Counted from the first letter of the stretch, positions 30,979-41,088 are shown. The stretch is DNA of 64,000 bases from Zoogloeaceae bacterium (GCA_031273565.1 JAISRR010000175.1:10651-74650); one strand, 5' to 3'. Translations and numbers: made by a program. The notes: a model not told the origin generated them from the sequence alone.

Positions 30979-31820
30979 CAGAATCCACCGACATCCCCCT
31001 GCACACCCACCGCCTCGCCGGACGCGAAATACTGTACGCCCTGCCGCCGGAAGGCGTCGATCCGCATCCCACGCCCCTGCTGTTCGTCCACGGCGCATTT
31101 GCCGGGGCCTGGATGTGGGCGGATAATTTCCTGCCCTGGTTCGCCCGTCAGGGCTATCGCAGCTATGCCCTTTCCCTGCGCGGTCACGGTGAAAGCGAAG
31201 GCGGCGATAATCTGGACGCCCTCTCGATTGCCGACTATGTGGAAGACACCGAAGCCGCCATCGTCTGGCTGGCCGAAAAACACCCCCGACCTGCCGCCCT
31301 GATCGGGCATTCAATGGGTGGTTTCGTGGTGCAGAAATATCTCGAAAACAACCGCGCTCCGGCGGCGATTCTGCTCTGCGCCGTGCCGCCGCAAGGCTTG
31401 CTGCTGTCGCAATTCAACCTGCTTGCGCAAAGACCGGGGCTGCTGATGGATCTTAACCAGCTCCTGAGCGGCGAGAATGTACAACTCCCCACCGTGCGCG
31501 AGGCGCTTTTCGGGCAACCCGTGGACAACGCGTTGCTGAAACGTTTCCGCGCCAGCATGCAACTGGAATCGCAGCGGGCGCTCTGGGACATGAGCGTTTT
31601 CAACCTGCCCTTGCTGCCCGCCATGCTGCGTCCGCCGCTCCTCATCGTCGGGGCAGAAAAGGATGTGCTGGTGCCCGCCTTTCTGGTGGAAACCACAGCG
31701 CGCACCTACAATATGGAAGCGCACATTTTCAAGGGCATGGGACACGCGGTGACCCATGAAAAAGACTGGCCGCAAGTGGCTGAACTGCTGAAAAACTGGC
31801 TGGATGCAACGCTGGACTGA
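30975..31820 (+). CDS. Alpha/beta hydrolase
   Basis: FVHGA, GHSMGG, and D/H triad candidates (EKD, GMGH). Confidence 0.88.
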   Translation: MTESTDIPLHTHRLAGREILYALPPEGVDPHPTPLLFVHGAFAGAWMWADNFLPWFARQGYRSYALSLRGHGESEGGDNLDALSIADYVEDTEAAIVWLAEKHPRPAALIGHSMGGFVVQKYLENNRAPAAILLCAVPPQGLLLSQFNLLAQRPGLLMDLNQLLSGENVQLPTVREALFGQPVDNALLKRFRASMQLESQRALWDMSVFNLPLLPAMLRPPLLIVGAEKDVLVPAFLVETTARTYNMEAHIFKGMGHAVTHEKDWPQVAELLKNWLDATLD

Positions 31821-31837
31821 CGCTGACGGTGAATAAT

Positions 31838-32029
31838 TCAGGCGCGCAGGTCGATGTTCTGACCCAGATTGGACGGATTGACCGTTGCTTGCGGCAGCGC
31901 CTCAATCAATTGCGCGGCGGCCTGCGCCTGCATGTCGATGGCCTTTTTGAGCACGGCGATGTTGATTGCGTCCGGCGCCTGTCCGGTTTGGGAAGCCAGA
32001 CTGCCGATATTTGAACTGTTGATTTCCAT
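31838..32029 (-). CDS. YjfB family small protein
   Basis: AVLKKAIDMQAQAAAQLI...NLGQNIDLRA. Confidence 0.8.
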   Translation of the reverse strand: MEINSSNIGSLASQTGQAPDAINIAVLKKAIDMQAQAAAQLIEALPQATVNPSNLGQNIDLRA

Positions 32030-32101
32030 AATGTTGGTCTTTCTTTTGTTCGATCCAATGGTTAAAGTATAGACTTCTTTTCCATCTTCAAAAATCCCGC
32101 C

Positions 32102-33028
32102 ATGCCTAAACAGGACTCGCCGCCAGCCCCCGCCTCGCCATCGGGGGAAGATTGTTTTTTGCTGGAAGATGTGGACGATCTGGAAGCCGTCGCTCGTGCG
32201 GCGTTCGCCGACGAAGCGCGTTTACGCGCGGGAAGCAGGATATCACCGAGCGACCCGGGTTTGCAGTTTCCCGACCTGCTGGCGGAAGGTGAAGCGCCGC
32301 AGCAACGGGTCAAGGGAATCGCCGGTGAGCGACGCGCCCGCCCCGGCGTTACACAGATCCCGATTTCCGGTGGCCTGCTTGGACAACTGCGCGAACAGGC
32401 GCATGGGCTGCTTGAGCAACAGGACGCCCGCGAACGCCAGCATCACCAGCAGGCCGCCCAACTGGATCGTTCGCTGCGTCAGGTGTTCGCTTATCTGCAC
32501 GACATGGTGCAACAACTCAACGTGGTGCAGCCGGAAATTCCCCGCGACTATCCGCTCGCCGACGAAAAGTCGCTGCGCGCGCTTGCCTGGCGGCAGGGTT
32601 ACGCAGATTACCGCACGTCTTCCCTGAGCGATCAGGCGTTCATGGAACTCGTCACCCTGAGCTACCACCTGAGCGGTCAGGGAGAGCCGGTCACGCTCGA
32701 ACGCGACGGCAACACGGCAGAGGCATTCCGGCAACGTCTTTTCGATTTCAACCTGGACATGCAGGTGAAAGAAACCCGCGACGAGCGCAAATTTCTGCAA
32801 TCCGTGCGCATCGCCATCGCGCAGGAGGTCAAGGTCAATGTGCGCTGGGAGCCGGATTATCAGGATGGCGTGCTGCTGGTGCACGCCCGCAATCTGGAAC
32901 GCCTGGGCTACACCACCTACCGGCTGCCCGCCGACGCGCCCATGAACCCGGCGTTGCTGGAAGAATTCGGGCGCATGGTGCTGGGACAACCACATCATTT
33001 CCCGCACATCGCCCGCCGTCCTTCATAA
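32102..33028 (+). CDS. Hypothetical protein
   Basis: Long ORF with host-like codons; coiled-coil GLLGQLREQA...LNVVQP followed by an alpha/beta region. Confidence 0.7.
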   Translation: MPKQDSPPAPASPSGEDCFLLEDVDDLEAVARAAFADEARLRAGSRISPSDPGLQFPDLLAEGEAPQQRVKGIAGERRARPGVTQIPISGGLLGQLREQAHGLLEQQDARERQHHQQAAQLDRSLRQVFAYLHDMVQQLNVVQPEIPRDYPLADEKSLRALAWRQGYADYRTSSLSDQAFMELVTLSYHLSGQGEPVTLERDGNTAEAFRQRLFDFNLDMQVKETRDERKFLQSVRIAIAQEVKVNVRWEPDYQDGVLLVHARNLERLGYTTYRLPADAPMNPALLEEFGRMVLGQPHHFPHIARRPS

Positions 33029-34177
33029 GGTATGGCTTTTGTCGCCGCGTAAAAAGCCGATGAGGGGCATATCCATGTTTTTGCCCATCGCAATGACTTT
33101 GAACAGTTCGCCCATTTCCTGCGGCGCGATGAGTTTTTGCACGGCGGAAGCCGCCTTGAGATAAGGCAGGCTGCCGGGTTCCAGCGTGGCGAGGTCATCC
33201 AGCACGCCGCAATTCAGCAGAAATTGCGCCTGATTCGCATAGCCCAGCAATTCCAGCCCGGTCGGATACGCCGCCGCGATCAGCGCGGTAAAATCCACAT
33301 GCGCGGTAATGTCCTGCAAGCCGGGCAGGTAAAAAGGATCGGGATGCGCATGGTGGCGGTAGTGGCACATGAGCGTGCCGCTACCGCGATCCGGGTGGTA
33401 AAACTCGCGCCGGGGAAAACCGTAATCGAGCAACAGCAGGCAGCCCCGCTCCAGTCGCTCGCCTAAGCCCGCTGCCCAGGCTGGCCCCGCCAGCGATATT
33501 TCGCTCATATACCCCGGCGGCGGCGCGCATTCATGGACGATACCCTCGGCTTCCGTCAGCAGCCTGCCGCCCGCCGGTCGCGCCTGCCATTGCAAACGCC
33601 CATCCACACGGGTAACGCCACGCTCGTCGATGCGCCCTTCCTGCCACTGAACACAATGCACCGGCATCGCGTCCAGCACCTCATTGCCCAACACCAGACC
33701 GGAAAAATGTTCGGGCAACGTCTCCAGCCAGCGCACCCGCTCGAACAGGCGCGGCGCGTCCTGCCGCAACGTCTGGCGCTGGCGTTCCCGGAGGTCAGGC
33801 GAGAGTTCCAGAATGTCGTAACGCTCCGGCAGGGCATTCTGCGTTTCCAGCGCCCGCAACAAATCCGCCGCCAGACGACCGGAACCCGCGCCCGCCTCCA
33901 GAATGCGGGGCGCGCTCATGGACATGATTTGCGCCGCTTGCCGGGCGATGGCTTGGGCAAACAACGGCGTGAGTTCCGGTGCGGTGACGAAATCCCCCGC
34001 CGCGCCGAATTTCCGCGCCCCTGCCGCGTAATAACCCAGACCGGGCGCGTACAGCGCAATCGCCATGAAATCGGCAAAGGAAAGCCAGCCGCCCGCCACT
34101 GCAATCCGGCGGAAGATTTCCGCCAGTAGTTGCTGGCTATGGGCAAGGGCGGCGGGCGTGGGTAGCGGGAGCGTCAT
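33023..34177 (-). CDS. MidA/NDUFAF7 family SAM-dependent methyltransferase
   Basis: LYAPGLGYY, GDFVTAPE, EAGAGSG, QDITAHVDF and MGELFKV. Confidence 0.92.
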   Translation of the reverse strand: MTLPLPTPAALAHSQQLLAEIFRRIAVAGGWLSFADFMAIALYAPGLGYYAAGARKFGAAGDFVTAPELTPLFAQAIARQAAQIMSMSAPRILEAGAGSGRLAADLLRALETQNALPERYDILELSPDLRERQRQTLRQDAPRLFERVRWLETLPEHFSGLVLGNEVLDAMPVHCVQWQEGRIDERGVTRVDGRLQWQARPAGGRLLTEAEGIVHECAPPPGYMSEISLAGPAWAAGLGERLERGCLLLLDYGFPRREFYHPDRGSGTLMCHYRHHAHPDPFYLPGLQDITAHVDFTALIAAAYPTGLELLGYANQAQFLLNCGVLDDLATLEPGSLPYLKAASAVQKLIAPQEMGELFKVIAMGKNMDMPLIGFLRGDKSHTL

Positions 34178-34251
34178 GTCAGGGCGCGTTCAACAGGGCA
34201 AAACGGGGATTTTAGCTGTTGCGGGAAAGAGATGTCGTAAAATGCGGAGTC

Positions 34252-35037
34252 ATGACCATTTTGCCGAATGCATCCTCTCTGTCTTCTCCCCTGACCGGAA
34301 AAACGGTGCTGGTGACCGGGGCTTCCCGACGCATTGGCGCGACCATTGCCCGTTTTTTACACGCGGCGGGGGCGTCTCTGGCCCTGCATTATCGCAACGA
34401 CCAGACAGGGGCGGCGGCGCTGGCGGCGGAATTTACAGCGGTGCGTCCCGCTTCGGCGCGCTGTTACGCCGCAAACCTGTGCGCGACAGGCGCGGCGGAA
34501 ACTCTGGTGGCGGCGGTGCTCACCGATTTCGGCGGTCTGGATGCCCTCATCAACAACGCTTCCAGTTTTTACCCGACGCCGATAGGTCAGATCGACGAAG
34601 CGGACTGGAATGATCTGGTGGGCAGCAATTTCAAGGCGCCGCTCTTTTTATCCCAGGCCGCCGCGCCCGCTCTGCGCGAGCGACGCGGCGCGATTGTCAA
34701 TATCACGGATATTCACGCGGAACGCCCGCTTGCCGGTTACGCGCTCTATTCCGCCGCCAAAGGCGCGCTACTGACGCTCACCCGGGCGCTGGCGCAGGAA
34801 CTGGGGCCGGAAATCCGGGTCAACGCCGTCGCGCCGGGCGCGATTCTCTGGCCGGAAAACGAAACGCGCAGCGCCTTTCCGCCAGCAGAACGGGAAGCCA
34901 TCGTCGCGCATACCTTTCTGAAGCGGGAGGGCAGCCCCGAAGACATTGCCCGCTCCGTGCGCTTTTTATTGACGGACGCGCCTTACATCACCGGGCAGGT
35001 CATCAATGTAGATGGCGGTCGGACGGCTTCCCTGTAA
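34252..35037 (+). CDS. Pteridine reductase (FolM/PTR1-like SDR)
   Basis: TGASRRIG, NNASSF, ITDIHAERP and YSAAK. Confidence 0.9.
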   Translation: MTILPNASSLSSPLTGKTVLVTGASRRIGATIARFLHAAGASLALHYRNDQTGAAALAAEFTAVRPASARCYAANLCATGAAETLVAAVLTDFGGLDALINNASSFYPTPIGQIDEADWNDLVGSNFKAPLFLSQAAAPALRERRGAIVNITDIHAERPLAGYALYSAAKGALLTLTRALAQELGPEIRVNAVAPGAILWPENETRSAFPPAEREAIVAHTFLKREGSPEDIARSVRFLLTDAPYITGQVINVDGGRTASL

Positions 35038-35064
35038 TTTCATTTACCCATAACAGGATTTTTC

Positions 35065-35937
35065 GTGCCCGCTTCCCAAACCCTGCAACGCCTGGAAAAA
35101 TGGCTGTTGCGTAAAACCGGCAAGGCCATCGCCGATTACAACATGATCGAGGCGGGCGACACGGTGCTGGTCTGCGTTTCCGGCGGCAAGGATTCGCTGA
35201 CCTTGCTGCGTCTTTTGCGCCTCATGCAACAGCGCGCGCCGGTCAGCTTCCGGCTCATCGCCATGAACCTTGACCAGAAGCAGCCGGGGTTTCCCGCCGA
35301 GGTGCTGCCCGCATGGTTTGAGAAAAGCGGCGTCGAATTCCGCGTCGTCGAGGCCGACACCTATTCGGTGGTGAAGGAAAAAATTCCCGAAGGCAAAACC
35401 ACCTGCTCGCTCTGCTCGCGCCTGCGCCGGGGCATCATCTATCGCACGGCGAAAGAACTGGGCGCAAACAAGATTGCCCTGGGGCACCACCGCGACGACA
35501 TGGTGCACACCCTGTTTTTGAACCTGTTCTTTGGCGGCAAACTGAAAGCCATGCCGCCAAAGCTCGCCACCGATGACGGCGCGCACATCGTGATTCGTCC
35601 TCTGGCCTATTGCGCCGAAAACGACATCGCGCGTTACGCCAGCGGCATGGAATTTCCCATTATCCCCTGCAATCTCTGCGGCTCGCAGAACAACCTGCAA
35701 CGGCAAAAAATCCGGGAAATGATGCAAGATTGGGACAAACGCTTTCCCGGTCGCACGGAAGCCGTATTCACCGCACTACAGAATGTCGTGCCTTCGCATC
35801 TGGCCGACAACGCGCTGTTTGATTTTCGCGGCTTGAAGCTGGAAGAACAGATGCCCAGTGATGGCGACACCCTGTTCGACGCGCCGGAACTACCGCTGGC
35901 GGGTGGATTTCCGTCGCTTGTCCGTTTGGGAATATAA
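35065..35937 (+). CDS. ttcA: tRNA 2-thiocytidine(32) synthetase
   Basis: [22 protein letters not shown] and CNLC. Confidence 0.96.
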   Translation: MPASQTLQRLEKWLLRKTGKAIADYNMIEAGDTVLVCVSGGKDSLTLLRLLRLMQQRAPVSFRLIAMNLDQKQPGFPAEVLPAWFEKSGVEFRVVEADTYSVVKEKIPEGKTTCSLCSRLRRGIIYRTAKELGANKIALGHHRDDMVHTLFLNLFFGGKLKAMPPKLATDDGAHIVIRPLAYCAENDIARYASGMEFPIIPCNLCGSQNNLQRQKIREMMQDWDKRFPGRTEAVFTALQNVVPSHLADNALFDFRGLKLEEQMPSDGDTLFDAPELPLAGGFPSLVRLGI

Positions 35938-36019
35938 GGTTTTGCAAGGCTTGTATATTGAATTCGATCGACTTTTGGTATCATTTGAGATCGATTGGCT
36001 CAAATTGTAGGGAATTACG

Positions 36020-36922
36020 GTGATCACCATTGTTCGCGGCGAAATTATCGGAGGCGTGCGTCTGGCCAACAGGCTGGGCGCAAAAGAATCTGAGCATGCT
36101 CTGGTACGCTGCCTTAAAAGGCTTGAGCGCACCGGCGAAGGATTTCGGGGTCGCGTTCTGGATTCTTTCAACCATGGGCGCATCAGTTTCGTTTTCCCCT
36201 CTTCCGAAGAAGCCTGTCTGTCCACCATCGAGATGCAACGCCGGATGGCGGACACCCCTTCGGTCGCGGGCATCAAGCTCAATATCCGGCTTGCCCTGCT
36301 GTCGGCGGCAAGCGAAGAAAAAGCCACGCAGGGCGTCGGCAAACTGCTGGAACTCTCTCTGCCCAACCAGATTCTTTGTGATCGGCAAACCCTGCTGGAA
36401 GTCGCTGCCAGCGTCGGCCTGAAAGTACGCGATCTGCATCAGCAATTAAACCTTGATGACGGGAAACCCGCCCAGATCATGGAATTGATCTGGCACGAAA
36501 GTGATGAAGACCTGCCCGCCACGCTGACGTCCACCACGCTGCTGGCGCAGGAATTCCCGTCGAGCGAGGGCGATGTGCCGGTGCAGACCCCCGGCGTTCA
36601 AATCAGATTACGCGTGCATCACGGTGACAAAAAAATCATTCTGGATGAAAAAACGCCCTTCATCACGCTGGGGCGCGAATACCATAACGACATCGTAATC
36701 AACGACAGCCGCATTTCCCGCCAGCACGCCCGCATCGAACGCAAAGGCGCGCATTATTGCCTGGTGGACATGAGCACCAACGGCACCTTCGTCACGCACA
36801 CCAACGCGCCAGAAGTCTTCCTGCGCAAGGACAGTCTGCCCCTGCACGAAACGGGTATTATGTGCCTGGGCGTGTCCAGCCGCGATCAGAGCGCGGAACC
36901 CCTGAAATTCGAATACATCTGA
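36020..36922 (+). CDS. FHA domain protein with degenerate class III cyclase-like N-terminus
   Basis: FHA motifs LGR, SRQHARIE and DMSTNGT; the N-terminus resembles a cyclase but lacks catalytic motifs. Confidence 0.8.
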   Translation: MITIVRGEIIGGVRLANRLGAKESEHALVRCLKRLERTGEGFRGRVLDSFNHGRISFVFPSSEEACLSTIEMQRRMADTPSVAGIKLNIRLALLSAASEEKATQGVGKLLELSLPNQILCDRQTLLEVAASVGLKVRDLHQQLNLDDGKPAQIMELIWHESDEDLPATLTSTTLLAQEFPSSEGDVPVQTPGVQIRLRVHHGDKKIILDEKTPFITLGREYHNDIVINDSRISRQHARIERKGAHYCLVDMSTNGTFVTHTNAPEVFLRKDSLPLHETGIMCLGVSSRDQSAEPLKFEYI

Positions 36923-36930
36923 CCGCCTGC

Positions 36931-36957
36931 AAACCGACCCTCGACGGTCGGTTTTTT
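36931..36957 (+). terminator. Rho-independent terminator
   Basis: AAACCGACC-ctcgac-GGTCGGTTT with a T-run, just after the stop codon. Confidence 0.75.
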
Positions 36958-36974
36958 ATCTGCCATTTCTCATC

Positions 36975-37283
36975 ATGAGTTTTTTCAAAAAACACCTTTT
37001 CATCTGTACCAACCAGCGCCCCGAAGGGCAACCCGCTTGTAATTCACGCAACGACGACACGCTGTTTTCATTCATTAAAAAACTCGCCAGGGAACTGGGC
37101 GCGGACGCCGCCGGTGTACGTATCAGCAAGGCGGGCTGTCTGGGTCGCTGCGAGCATGCGCCCATGCTGGTGATTTACCCGGAAGCGGTCTGGTACACTT
37201 TCATCGACGAGGAAGACCTCGAAGAAATCATCCGGCGTCATCTGCTTTGCGACGAGCGCGTCGAACGTCTGTTGGTGGCATGA
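36975..37283 (+). CDS. Thioredoxin-like [2Fe-2S] ferredoxin
   Basis: FICTNQR..C...GCLGRC...YPEAVWY. Confidence 0.9.
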   Translation: MSFFKKHLFICTNQRPEGQPACNSRNDDTLFSFIKKLARELGADAAGVRISKAGCLGRCEHAPMLVIYPEAVWYTFIDEEDLEEIIRRHLLCDERVERLLVA

Positions 37284-37930
37284 CCGCCAGCGCAGTGAAC
37301 ATCGATATCGCCGGCCCGGTCGGTAATATCGAAGTCATCATGGAAATCCCGTCCGGCGGACGGCTGCGGGGAATCGCGCTGGTCGCGCATCCTCATCCCG
37401 TCGGCGGCGGCGCGAATACCAACAAGGTAACGCATACCCTGGCCAGAACTTTCCTGCATCTGGGTTACGCCGCCTTGCGCCCCAATTTTCGCGGCGTTGG
37501 CGGCAGTGAAGGGGAACACGACGAAGGCATCGGCGAAGTCGACGACCTCATGACCGTACTCGCTTTCGCCCGCCATCGGCTCGACCCGCAGCATGAGCTG
37601 CCCGTGGCGCTCGCCGGTTTTTCTTTCGGCGCTTACTGTCAAACCCGCCTCGCCCACCGTCTGGCGGCATCCGGGCAGGCGGCGGAACGGCTGGCGCTGG
37701 TCGGCACGGCAGCCGGTTTCGTGGAAGGCGCGCGCCACTACGACACCGAAGCCGTGCCCGCCGACACCCTCCTCATTCACGGCGCTGCGGATCATACCGT
37801 GCCGCTTGCCAATGTACTCGCCTGGGCCGAACCGCAAAACCTGCCCGTGATCGTCATCCCCGGCGCGGATCATTTTTTTCACCGGCGACTCCAGCTGATC
37901 CACGACATCATCGTCAGAGCCTGGCACTGA
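37280..37930 (+). CDS. Alpha/beta hydrolase
   Basis: HPHP..GG..NKV, NFRGVG, GFSFG and GADHFF. Confidence 0.9.
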   Translation: MTASAVNIDIAGPVGNIEVIMEIPSGGRLRGIALVAHPHPVGGGANTNKVTHTLARTFLHLGYAALRPNFRGVGGSEGEHDEGIGEVDDLMTVLAFARHRLDPQHELPVALAGFSFGAYCQTRLAHRLAASGQAAERLALVGTAAGFVEGARHYDTEAVPADTLLIHGAADHTVPLANVLAWAEPQNLPVIVIPGADHFFHRRLQLIHDIIVRAWH

Positions 37931-38841
37931 TGGGCACAGCCCCGCTGAACGTACAGGATTTGCACAAGACTTACGCGCAGCTTCCTGTCGTGGACGGACT
38001 TTCCTTCACACTGGAAAAGGGGCGTTGCTTTGGTCTGCTCGGCCCCAACGGAGCGGGGAAAACCACGACCCTGAAACTTTGTCTGGGACTGACCGTACCC
38101 GACGCCGGACGCATCACCCTGGCTGGCCTGCCCATTCCCGCCCAGGCAAAGGCCGCCCGGATGCGCGTCGGCGTCGTGCCGCAATTTGACAATCTCGACC
38201 CCGACTTCACCGTCAGCGAAAACCTGTTCGTGTTCGGACGCTATTTCGGCCTTTCGCGCGCGGACATCGAACCGCGCCTGCCCTGGCTGTTGCAATTTTC
38301 CAGTCTGGAAAACAAGCGCGATGCCCGCATCAACAGTTTGTCCGGCGGGATGAAACGTCGGCTCACGCTGGCGCGCGCGCTGGTCAACGACCCCGACATC
38401 CTGTTTCTCGACGAACCCACCACCGGCCTCGACCCGCAGGCTCGCCGTCTGATCTGGGAACGCCTGAACACCTTGAAGAACGCGGGCAAAACCCTGCTCC
38501 TGACCACGCATTTCATGGATGAAGCCGAACGTCTCTGCGACCACTTGATCATCATCGACAGTGGCCGAAAAATAGCCGCCGGCAGCCCCGGAGAACTGAT
38601 CGCCCAACACATCGAAGCGCACGTCATCGAAGTTCTGGAAGGTGTCGATGCGATACTGGCGGACAGCGCCCGCATACCCGGAATGCACATGGAAAAAAAT
38701 GGCGAGGGCGCTTTTTTCTACTGCCAGGATGCCCGGCCCTTGCTGAACATTCTGGACAGCAAAGGCTTGCGCTACCTGCATCGCGCCGCCAATCTGGAAG
38801 ATGTGTTCATCCGGCTGACGGGCCGGGAACTGCGCGATTGA
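37930..38841 (+). CDS. NodI-like ABC exporter ATP-binding subunit
   Basis: [35 protein letters not shown] and [15 protein letters not shown]. Confidence 0.9.
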   Translation: MGTAPLNVQDLHKTYAQLPVVDGLSFTLEKGRCFGLLGPNGAGKTTTLKLCLGLTVPDAGRITLAGLPIPAQAKAARMRVGVVPQFDNLDPDFTVSENLFVFGRYFGLSRADIEPRLPWLLQFSSLENKRDARINSLSGGMKRRLTLARALVNDPDILFLDEPTTGLDPQARRLIWERLNTLKNAGKTLLLTTHFMDEAERLCDHLIIIDSGRKIAAGSPGELIAQHIEAHVIEVLEGVDAILADSARIPGMHMEKNGEGAFFYCQDARPLLNILDSKGLRYLHRAANLEDVFIRLTGRELRD

Positions 38842-38919
38842 TTGGATAGATAGTCAGCATAAATAGCGCAGTATGGCAAATACAGTTTAGACTTACAGTT
38901 CCCCCAAACAGGAAGACTC

Positions 38920-40323
38920 ATGAACCGGATATCATCCCGTCAAGCCATGGTCGCTTGGTTTACCCTGATCCTTGTTCTGTTGGGCAGCACGGTCGTGCAA
39001 AGCTGGCAACTGCTGGAAAGTCTGGTCACGCAAAGCCGCAGCAGTAACGAACAGTCCGTACGTCTGGCCGCCACCCTGCAGGAACTCGGAGAACGCAACA
39101 CCGATCTGGAGCGTAGCGCCCGCCAGTATCTGCTGGTGCGCCAGGATGCCTTTCGCGCCAATTTCGACGCCGCCCTGAACCAATCCATGGACTTGATCCA
39201 ACAGTTGGAAACCTATCAGGACATTCCCTTGCGCCCCATACTGGACGAATGGCGTTTCGCTACCCGGGAACTGGAGAAAAACCTGAAAGACCCCGGCATG
39301 GAATCGACCCCGCTGACCACGCAGACACAATTTTCCAGGTTGACGGAACTCTATAACCATATCCGCCAAACCTGCCAGCAGTGGATGGATATCCGTAACC
39401 AGCGCCAACTGACAGAACTGGAAACCAAACAGGTGCAACTGAAACTGCAATTCCTGCTCGCGCTCGTGGCGTCCATCGTGGTGGCGATCATTCTGGGCTG
39501 GTGGCTGCTCCGTCCGATTCACCAGTTAGAGCATGCCATTACCCTGATGGGACGCGGTTATTTCAATGACAGGATTTCCGTGTACGGCCCCGTCGACATA
39601 CGACAGCTGGCCGCGCGCCTGGACTGGTTGCGCCTGCGGCTCGCCGGTATCGAAAATGACCGAAAAAGTGTTTTCCGCCATATCTCCCGGGAACTGAGCA
39701 TGCCCATTATCGCCGTCCGGGAAGCCTGCACCCTGTTTGCCGAAAACGCTTCTCCGGCGAATCAGGAAAGCATCATCGACATCCTGCGACACAATGCCGA
39801 TATCCTGCAAAAGCGACTCGATGGCCTGACACGCATGACGACCCTGGTTTTTGAAGCCAGCCGACAACAGCGCCAGCGGGTTTCCCTGCCGCAATTCCTG
39901 CAACTCGCCGTCGACGCCCAATCCGAACGCTGCCAGAGCAAAAAGATCAGCATCCGCGTCGAAGCGCCGACCGTCCATGTGCAACTGGACACTGAAAACG
40001 TGAGCACCATCTTGGCCGCGCTGCTGCAAAACGCCATCACTTTCAGCCCGGAAAGCGGCGAAATCATCCTGCGGGCGACCAACGACAAAGACAAACTGCA
40101 TCTGGAATGCCAGGATCAGGGGCCGGGCGTCCCGCCCGAAGACGCCGAACATATTTTCGACCCCTTCTATCAGGGCGCTTCCCAGATGTCGGCAGAACAT
40201 CAGGGCGAAGGGGTTGGCCTTGCCATCGCGCGTGAGTTGACACGCATTCTGGGCGGGAATGTACAATACATCAGCAATGGCGCAGGCGCCTGTTTTTGTG
40301 TGGATTTACCCCATGAAAACTAA
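38920..40323 (+). CDS. GlrK/QseE-like membrane sensor kinase with degenerate H-box
   Basis: Two TM helices, HAMP ending LDWLRLRL, H-box RHISRELSMP, and intact N/G1/F/G2 boxes. Confidence 0.85.
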   Translation: MNRISSRQAMVAWFTLILVLLGSTVVQSWQLLESLVTQSRSSNEQSVRLAATLQELGERNTDLERSARQYLLVRQDAFRANFDAALNQSMDLIQQLETYQDIPLRPILDEWRFATRELEKNLKDPGMESTPLTTQTQFSRLTELYNHIRQTCQQWMDIRNQRQLTELETKQVQLKLQFLLALVASIVVAIILGWWLLRPIHQLEHAITLMGRGYFNDRISVYGPVDIRQLAARLDWLRLRLAGIENDRKSVFRHISRELSMPIIAVREACTLFAENASPANQESIIDILRHNADILQKRLDGLTRMTTLVFEASRQQRQRVSLPQFLQLAVDAQSERCQSKKISIRVEAPTVHVQLDTENVSTILAALLQNAITFSPESGEIILRATNDKDKLHLECQDQGPGVPPEDAEHIFDPFYQGASQMSAEHQGEGVGLAIARELTRILGGNVQYISNGAGACFCVDLPHEN

Positions 40324-40939
40324 TTCTTCCCCCTTCGCGGCAGCATGCTTCTCCCGGCTTCGGAGACCTCTGCTCATCGCCTCTGTCGGCCTGCTCGCGG
40401 CAGGCGGCTGCGCCACGCTTCCCGACACCCCGTCGGCGAACAAGGACAGCAACAAGCGCGTCACCAACCTGGACAGGTCAAGCGCATCTCCCGAAGCCCT
40501 GCTCACCTATTATCAGGCCTTGTCGCCGATGTCTGCCAACGACCTGATGCATGAACGCCGCCTGCTCGGTCAGCTCGGCTCCGCACCCGATACCCAACTG
40601 CGTCAGGCCATGGTGCTGGGCCATCCCCGCCAACCCAACCCGGATCTGATGCGCGCCAACAGCATCCTGGGAAATCTGCTGAAATCCAACAATTCCGCAG
40701 TTTATTACTTGCGTCCCGTCATCCGTTTTCTGGCGGACAACTATGCGGAGCGCCTGCGTCAGGAAACCCGCCTGCGCCGTCAGAACACACAGATGGAAAA
40801 ACAGCATCAAAAGCTTCTGGAAACCCAGCGTCAGGTCAGTGAATTGCAGAAACAACTGGAAGGACTCGCCAACATCGAACGTTCGCTTCCCCGCTCCCGC
40901 TCCATTCGTCCGAGCCAACCCGCTTTGAATACCCGTTGA
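40313..40939 (+). CDS. QseG/YfhG-like lipoprotein
   Basis: Lipobox-like LLAAGGC; C-terminal coiled coil LQKQLEGLANIERSL; follows the glrK-like gene. Confidence 0.72.
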   Translation: MKTNSSPFAAACFSRLRRPLLIASVGLLAAGGCATLPDTPSANKDSNKRVTNLDRSSASPEALLTYYQALSPMSANDLMHERRLLGQLGSAPDTQLRQAMVLGHPRQPNPDLMRANSILGNLLKSNNSAVYYLRPVIRFLADNYAERLRQETRLRRQNTQMEKQHQKLLETQRQVSELQKQLEGLANIERSLPRSRSIRPSQPALNTR

Positions 40940-40964
40940 ATTCACCGGTAAAGCAGCATACAAT
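40936..40964 (+). promoter_or_regulatory. Sigma70 promoter for tRNA-Gly
   Basis: TTGAAT-N17-TACAAT followed by a GC-rich discriminator CCGCCC. Confidence 0.6.
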
Positions 40965-41003
40965 CCGCCCTCATTCCGGCATGGTCGGGTGATGACATAT
41001 CAA

Positions 41004-41077
41004 GCGGGCGTCGTATAATGGTAATACCCTAGCTTCCCAAGCTAGAGCCGTGGGTTCGATTCCCATCGCCCGCTCCA
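41004..41077 (+). tRNA. tRNA-Gly (CCC)
   Basis: GCGGGCG acceptor stem, anticodon loop TTCCCAA, GGTTCGATTCC T-arm and encoded CCA. Confidence 0.96.
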
Positions 41078-41088
41078 GATTCCCTCGC

